Below are positions 59,951 through 64,000 of a stretch of 64,000 nucleotides of DNA, in pieces. The stretch is taken from assembly GCA_013823725.1 (NCBI GenBank), contig PNMQ01000004.1:33569-97568 (forward strand), written 5' to 3'. Under the pieces are notes generated by a model. That model was not told where the DNA came from and searched no databases. It was given only the letters and a program-made list of their open reading frames with translations. Origin of the DNA: Candidatus Pelagibacter sp. (GTDB lineage Bacteria > Pseudomonadota > Alphaproteobacteria > Paracaedibacterales > CAIOTO01). The position numbers and the translations under genes are program-made. Position 1 is the first letter of the stretch; every line of letters begins with the position of its first letter.

Positions 59951-61573
59951 TTAATCATCCATTTTTTTCAATTTCGAAATATTTTCAAACAACAAAATAT
60001 CATCAATACCTATGGCATTCAATTCATCAAGCGATTGACTAAACATAGTTCCATTTCTTTTGGTTCTCTCTATAACTATTTGAGTTATTAAAAAGGAATA
60101 TTTTATAAAATTTGTTTCTGATCGACTATAATCCACAATGCAAGAAGATTTATCAAGAAGTCTCAAAGTATCAAATGCTTTTAAAATTGAAAGCTGTATG
60201 AATAGTTTTATGTTTTCTGTTATAATTTCCGAAGGCAAGGGAGAAGTTTTCAAATTGAAGTAATAGTCAAACCAGTTATTATCCAAAAAATACTGTTGTA
60301 AGTTATGAAATAAACTATTTAAAAGCTCTGATCTTTGTGTGTCTTTCTGAATTTTATCGCTTTTTAAATCTTCAACAAAGATCCTAATATCACTAAAAAT
60401 AGTATTCAATTTTATTAATGCTGAAAATTGTACAGAAGAAATATCTCCTTGAGATTTTAATTCCAAAGATTTGGCATATTTTTTCCAGTTGCTCCACTTA
60501 GATAGTAGTTCACCAAATTCTTTCTTACCGTTAATACTGACAAACTTTACTACTTCAGATGGAGTAAATCCTATTTGTACAATATATTTTTTGGCTTCAT
60601 CTAAACTATCAAAATGTATATGCACCGTTTTACGACTTACCCACGAATTTTTAGATAATGATTTTTGAACATCAGAAATTTTTGATACAAAAGAAATCTT
60701 TTTATCACGCAATAAATCATCAAATTTAAATTGTGTACTATCTTGATGAAGTGCTTTTTTTATAGCACTCAACTCATAAGTATCAAATTCTTTTTGATCC
60801 ACTGGACTACTGTATTGATGAATCATAGAAACAGCAAAAGATGGTGGCTTGGATTCCCCAAACAGTGCATACAGTTCACCGTTTATATCTGTCGTTACCA
60901 AAGTTTGTATTTCTAAATTTTCACCAAATTCAACATTAGAACCCTTACCTTCAAGTGTTGTGCTTTCTTTGAATATATTAATAGGAAGACCTGTTTTTTC
61001 ATCAAACTCTAAACTTTTAATTTTTTCCTTTCCTGATTTATCAAGATATCGTAAGCCGATTTTTACAAATCTTTTTTTCACCCTCTCGTTATTTGCATCT
61101 TTATAAAGTATTTTCTTTTTTTCTTCATCAAATGAGCGATATAGTACTTTATCTCCATTACGGTCATCATAAAAATATACTAGTCCATCAGGTAACTGAT
61201 CAGGATTCCAAAACCAAATATTATCGTAATTTATTCCTTTTAAACTCACTAATTTTTTTGCTATTTCTTGTTTTTCTAAAGACTTAAATTCTGGATCTGA
61301 TTCGATATCATTTTTATATCTAATCAATATATATTCAACAACTTCGGATCTTAAATTGCCAGATTCATACAAATTCTTACCAGGCACAGCTATTTTTTCT
61401 TTCACAGACTGTTCGGCTGGACTAGCCTTAATTTTTTCTGCCATTTGCATCTTAAGATCTTTCTTTTCATCCATGTTTATAACAGATGAATAACTCAAAT
61501 GAGAGAATAAAAATAACGAATATACTATATAAAAATATGATCTATAATTTGAAAAAATTTGTCTTGGCTTCAT
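59951..61573 (-). CDS. Exported hypothetical protein (540 aa, Lys/Glu-rich)
   Basis: N-terminal hydrophobic signal (YFYIVYSLFLFSHLSYSS). No recognisable domain and no Walker motifs. It is the first gene of the co-directional block ending in the GspF/GspL-like pair. Confidence 0.5.
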   Translation of the reverse strand: MKPRQIFSNYRSYFYIVYSLFLFSHLSYSSVINMDEKKDLKMQMAEKIKASPAEQSVKEKIAVPGKNLYESGNLRSEVVEYILIRYKNDIESDPEFKSLEKQEIAKKLVSLKGINYDNIWFWNPDQLPDGLVYFYDDRNGDKVLYRSFDEEKKKILYKDANNERVKKRFVKIGLRYLDKSGKEKIKSLEFDEKTGLPINIFKESTTLEGKGSNVEFGENLEIQTLVTTDINGELYALFGESKPPSFAVSMIHQYSSPVDQKEFDTYELSAIKKALHQDSTQFKFDDLLRDKKISFVSKISDVQKSLSKNSWVSRKTVHIHFDSLDEAKKYIVQIGFTPSEVVKFVSINGKKEFGELLSKWSNWKKYAKSLELKSQGDISSVQFSALIKLNTIFSDIRIFVEDLKSDKIQKDTQRSELLNSLFHNLQQYFLDNNWFDYYFNLKTSPLPSEIITENIKLFIQLSILKAFDTLRLLDKSSCIVDYSRSETNFIKYSFLITQIVIERTKRNGTMFSQSLDELNAIGIDDILLFENISKLKKMDD

Positions 61574-61850
61574 TTTCTATGTCTAACCCAATAAGGTTTA
61601 TATAGGAACATGATTACAAAATATTGTAAAAAATATATTAATGAAAGAATTTATAATTCTTTTTTTGGATATTATAAATTTTAATTTTATAATAGTTGAT
61701 CATTATAAATCTTTATGATTAAATATAAAAGTATAGAATGTTTTCCATTTTAAGAGAATAAAATGAACATAATTTTTAATGCGTGGCGATGGTGTCTAGA
61801 AAAAACACTACCCGTGCGTGCTAATTTTATGTCTTTAGAAAGCTCTTATT

Positions 61851-62855
61851 ATGAATGTGATTACTCGATCTTATAAATCTACAACCAATCTTTTTCCTTT
61901 GCTTTTGGCTATACTGACTTCCATTTTTTTATCTTCTTGTTTAAATAAATCAATTTCTCAAAAAGTATTGTTGCCCTCTAATAACCAAATTAAGGCAAAA
62001 CTTATTGAAAATATTCTTCAACAATATCAGTTATCCTACGACATCGATCAGCACTCTATTGATGAAGATTTTGTATTGCAAAAGCATAGCCTTCAAATTC
62101 CTAAAATTGTGCATGATCAATTAATTTATTTTATTAAACATCATTTACCCATTGATATTCGTATGGTCGGATTTCCATTCAAATCTGTAAATACTCAGCG
62201 CAAAGTAATTGCGCAAAGGGCCGATATGGCCGAACGCTTAAGTTTACAATATTTGCACGGTATGCTTGAGAAGATAAAAGCTGTTTATTCTCCAGGTGCT
62301 ATGCTTACAATCCTATGTGATGGAATTGCTTTTAGTGACGTTTTTCATATAAGTGATGAACACATTAAAATTTATGAAGATACTCTAAAAATATTATCCA
62401 AAGATTTGAAGGGGATAAAAATTCTATCCTCATATGATTTAGGATTAAGATCCGCATATTTTAAGAAAATCAAACATAACGCGAGATCAGTAAGTGATCA
62501 GGTTACATTAAATAGAATGGCTTTTGAGCTCAACCAAAGAAAAGATGATCATACCGTAATTACAAAAACAAAACAAATTCAGGCGTACAGTCAGCATTTT
62601 GGAATGCTTATCAAAAATAAATTTTCAAACCAAAATTACATCAAGGCTTCTGTCCATTTTCAATTTTCTACTAGTCCCAAAATAGGTTTAAAACTATCTC
62701 CAGATTCTTCTGTTACTCCATGGCATGGAACCCTTTTACAAGAATCCGATGGTCGATGGCGCATTGTACATCTTGAAGATATTAATCAAACGAAATATGT
62801 ACGAACAGGTATATACGTAAATCAATATTGGTGCGCTTTTTTCAAAGCTAAATAA
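61851..62855 (+). CDS. DIT1/PvcA (isonitrile synthase) family protein with lipoprotein signal
   Basis: MVGFPFKSVNTQRKV...ADMAERLSLQYL...VYSPGAMLTILCDGIAFSDVFHISDEHIKIYEDTL and ASVHFQ....PKIGLKL.....VTPWHGTLL...DGRWRIVH match the conserved PvcA/IsnA/DIT1 blocks (PAFPxKSxNxxKV, DxxE, Y.PGA...I.SDG.VFSD, LSIHPQ...K.GI.L...TPWHG). The N-terminus has the lipobox LSSC. Confidence 0.65.
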   Translation: MNVITRSYKSTTNLFPLLLAILTSIFLSSCLNKSISQKVLLPSNNQIKAKLIENILQQYQLSYDIDQHSIDEDFVLQKHSLQIPKIVHDQLIYFIKHHLPIDIRMVGFPFKSVNTQRKVIAQRADMAERLSLQYLHGMLEKIKAVYSPGAMLTILCDGIAFSDVFHISDEHIKIYEDTLKILSKDLKGIKILSSYDLGLRSAYFKKIKHNARSVSDQVTLNRMAFELNQRKDDHTVITKTKQIQAYSQHFGMLIKNKFSNQNYIKASVHFQFSTSPKIGLKLSPDSSVTPWHGTLLQESDGRWRIVHLEDINQTKYVRTGIYVNQYWCAFFKAK

Positions 62856-62948
62856 TCCAAATCTCAAATTTTATAACCACTACAATATCCACATGCATGA
62901 ACATAAAGTTCATATACACCTCTATATTATAGAAAAGGAAAGATCATA

Positions 62949-63941
62949 ATGAAAATCAAATCAATTCGCATAATTTTAAAAAAGTTTCTATTTGTTACAT
63001 TTACAATTTCTGCAACTTTAAATACTTACGGCACAGAAAATGTGATTAAATATCTTGAAAAGTCCAAGATTAACATTGGCGATTTATCTGAAGAAGGAAT
63101 AATCATTATATCAAAACACATAGAGAGTTTACCAAAAATTGATATCAAACAAGGTAGTGCTTTACAAGCTATCAGCTCCTATTTGAAAAAATGCATTAAA
63201 AATAAACCCAAAAGCTCAATTGAAGATTTAGTAAAAAATTCAATCGGACAGAGGGAAAGAATTCAATGTGTTATGCTTGGTTTTCCTGTAAAATCACAAA
63301 ATATGGATGAAGTTTATAATCATCAAGCAGGACTAGGTGATTTTCTAAGCTTACTAACCTTACATTATATCGCTTGCGAAATAGAAAAGGTGTATGCACC
63401 TGGAGTAACATTTAAGATTATCAGTGATTATGTTGCTCTAAAAGAAATTGTGGATCCTGAATCTGCCACTGTTTATCAAACAGGAATTCAAACATTAGCG
63501 AATTTATTCCCAGATACGATTATATATGACCTTAGTTTTCATGACATAGATTGCTTCACTATTTTTCAAGAATCGACAGCATACAACAAACGGTACTCAG
63601 AAGCTGGAAAAGGTAATTCGATTAAAATCCATGAAGCACTATTAAAATCAAAACAATTTAGCGATTATATCACTAACGAATTTAAAAACATTCCACACCT
63701 TCGATTTTCAGTACATTCCTATAAAAATGGAGAATCCAATAAATTAACTTTACCATTTTATAGCAATAAATTAGGAACACCTTGCCACCACGTTTGCTTA
63801 GTTAATTATCATTACAATAGCGCCTTCGTTAAGTATAAAAAAGTAAGCGCAGAAAGTACGATAGAATTAAAAACTCTTGATATCACAAATTTAAATAGCA
63901 TGCACATATCACTGCCATATTTTCAAGATATGAAGCCTTAG
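62949..63941 (+). CDS. DIT1/PvcA family protein, second tandem paralog, with signal peptide
   Basis: MLGFPVKSQNMDEV...LGDFLSLLTLHYI...VYAPGVTFKIISDYVALKEIVDPESATVYQTGI and LRFSVHSY....NKLTLPF....GTPCHHVCL. These are the same blocks as the upstream gene but more degenerate: the SDG Gly is replaced and TPWH becomes TPCH. The N-terminus is Sec-type. Confidence 0.55.
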   Translation: MKIKSIRIILKKFLFVTFTISATLNTYGTENVIKYLEKSKINIGDLSEEGIIIISKHIESLPKIDIKQGSALQAISSYLKKCIKNKPKSSIEDLVKNSIGQRERIQCVMLGFPVKSQNMDEVYNHQAGLGDFLSLLTLHYIACEIEKVYAPGVTFKIISDYVALKEIVDPESATVYQTGIQTLANLFPDTIIYDLSFHDIDCFTIFQESTAYNKRYSEAGKGNSIKIHEALLKSKQFSDYITNEFKNIPHLRFSVHSYKNGESNKLTLPFYSNKLGTPCHHVCLVNYHYNSAFVKYKKVSAESTIELKTLDITNLNSMHISLPYFQDMKP

Positions 63942-64000
63942 ATATATTCTTTCTAAAAAAAATATTCCATCCTGATGAATAATATGAATCCATTTACTAT

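Noticed and set aside
61763-61876. 37-codon ORF (MNIIFNAWRWCLEKTLPVRANFMSLESSYYECDYSIL) overlapping the start of the first PvcA-like gene, a possible leader peptide
   Set aside because: It has no Shine-Dalgarno and no attenuator-like structure that I can see. Short ORFs of this size are expected by chance in the spacer.
1-64000. Scan for CRISPR arrays, rRNA, transposases, integrases, prophage genes, toxin-antitoxin pairs and known defence-system genes
   Set aside because: I saw no direct-repeat/spacer arrays and no rRNA-like conserved blocks. No ORF has DDE, tyrosine or serine recombinase motifs, and none has phage structural motifs. The tRNA-Asn is flanked by dnaE and dnaG, not by an island. 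The only tandem repeat is the 32-bp microsatellite.

Overview
Chromosomal window from a visibly AT-rich (about one-third G+C by eye, not computed), tightly packed bacterial genome. Gene content and order point to an alphaproteobacterium: rpsF-rpsR-rplI, dnaG-rpoD, lptA-lptB-rpoN, rplU-rpmA, atpB-atpE followed by two b-type subunit genes, a DUF1058-type double-SH3 protein, and ccmB. Three things suggest a host-associated, possibly intracellular Rickettsiales/Holosporales-like organism (inference only). Operons are fragmented: the dcw cluster is cut to rsmH-ftsL-ftsI, and ftsA, ruvA and fliQR each stand alone. Importers are numerous: BioY, an aromatic amino-acid permease, a DASS dicarboxylate carrier, a polar amino-acid ABC system and ZnuBC. 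Several orphan genes carry signal peptides. I call about 66 CDS, one tRNA-Asn(GTT), three hairpin terminators, two weak promoter guesses and one pentanucleotide microsatellite. I saw no rRNA, CRISPR array, transposase, integrase, phage or recognisable defence genes. The most unusual content is as follows. (1) The minus-strand block 56535-61573 has an orphan GspF/PilC-type platform gene overlapping a GspL/PilMN-like bitopic gene, behind two exported orphan proteins, with no ATPase, secretin or pilin in view. (2) Immediately next to it are two tandem DIT1/PvcA (isonitrile-synthase family) paralogs that both carry export signals. (3) A 305-aa ORF has the tripartite layout of a eukaryotic mitochondrial carrier. 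(4) A cheY gene is paired with a CheZ-like phosphatase whose catalytic hairpin is internally duplicated. (5) An exported-protein family ending in CFARY has one copy at each end of the window. (6) dnaE has a conserved PHP N-terminus with no canonical start codon and lies a few nucleotides from the tRNA-Asn 3' end. All functional calls rest on motif recognition by eye, not on database searches.
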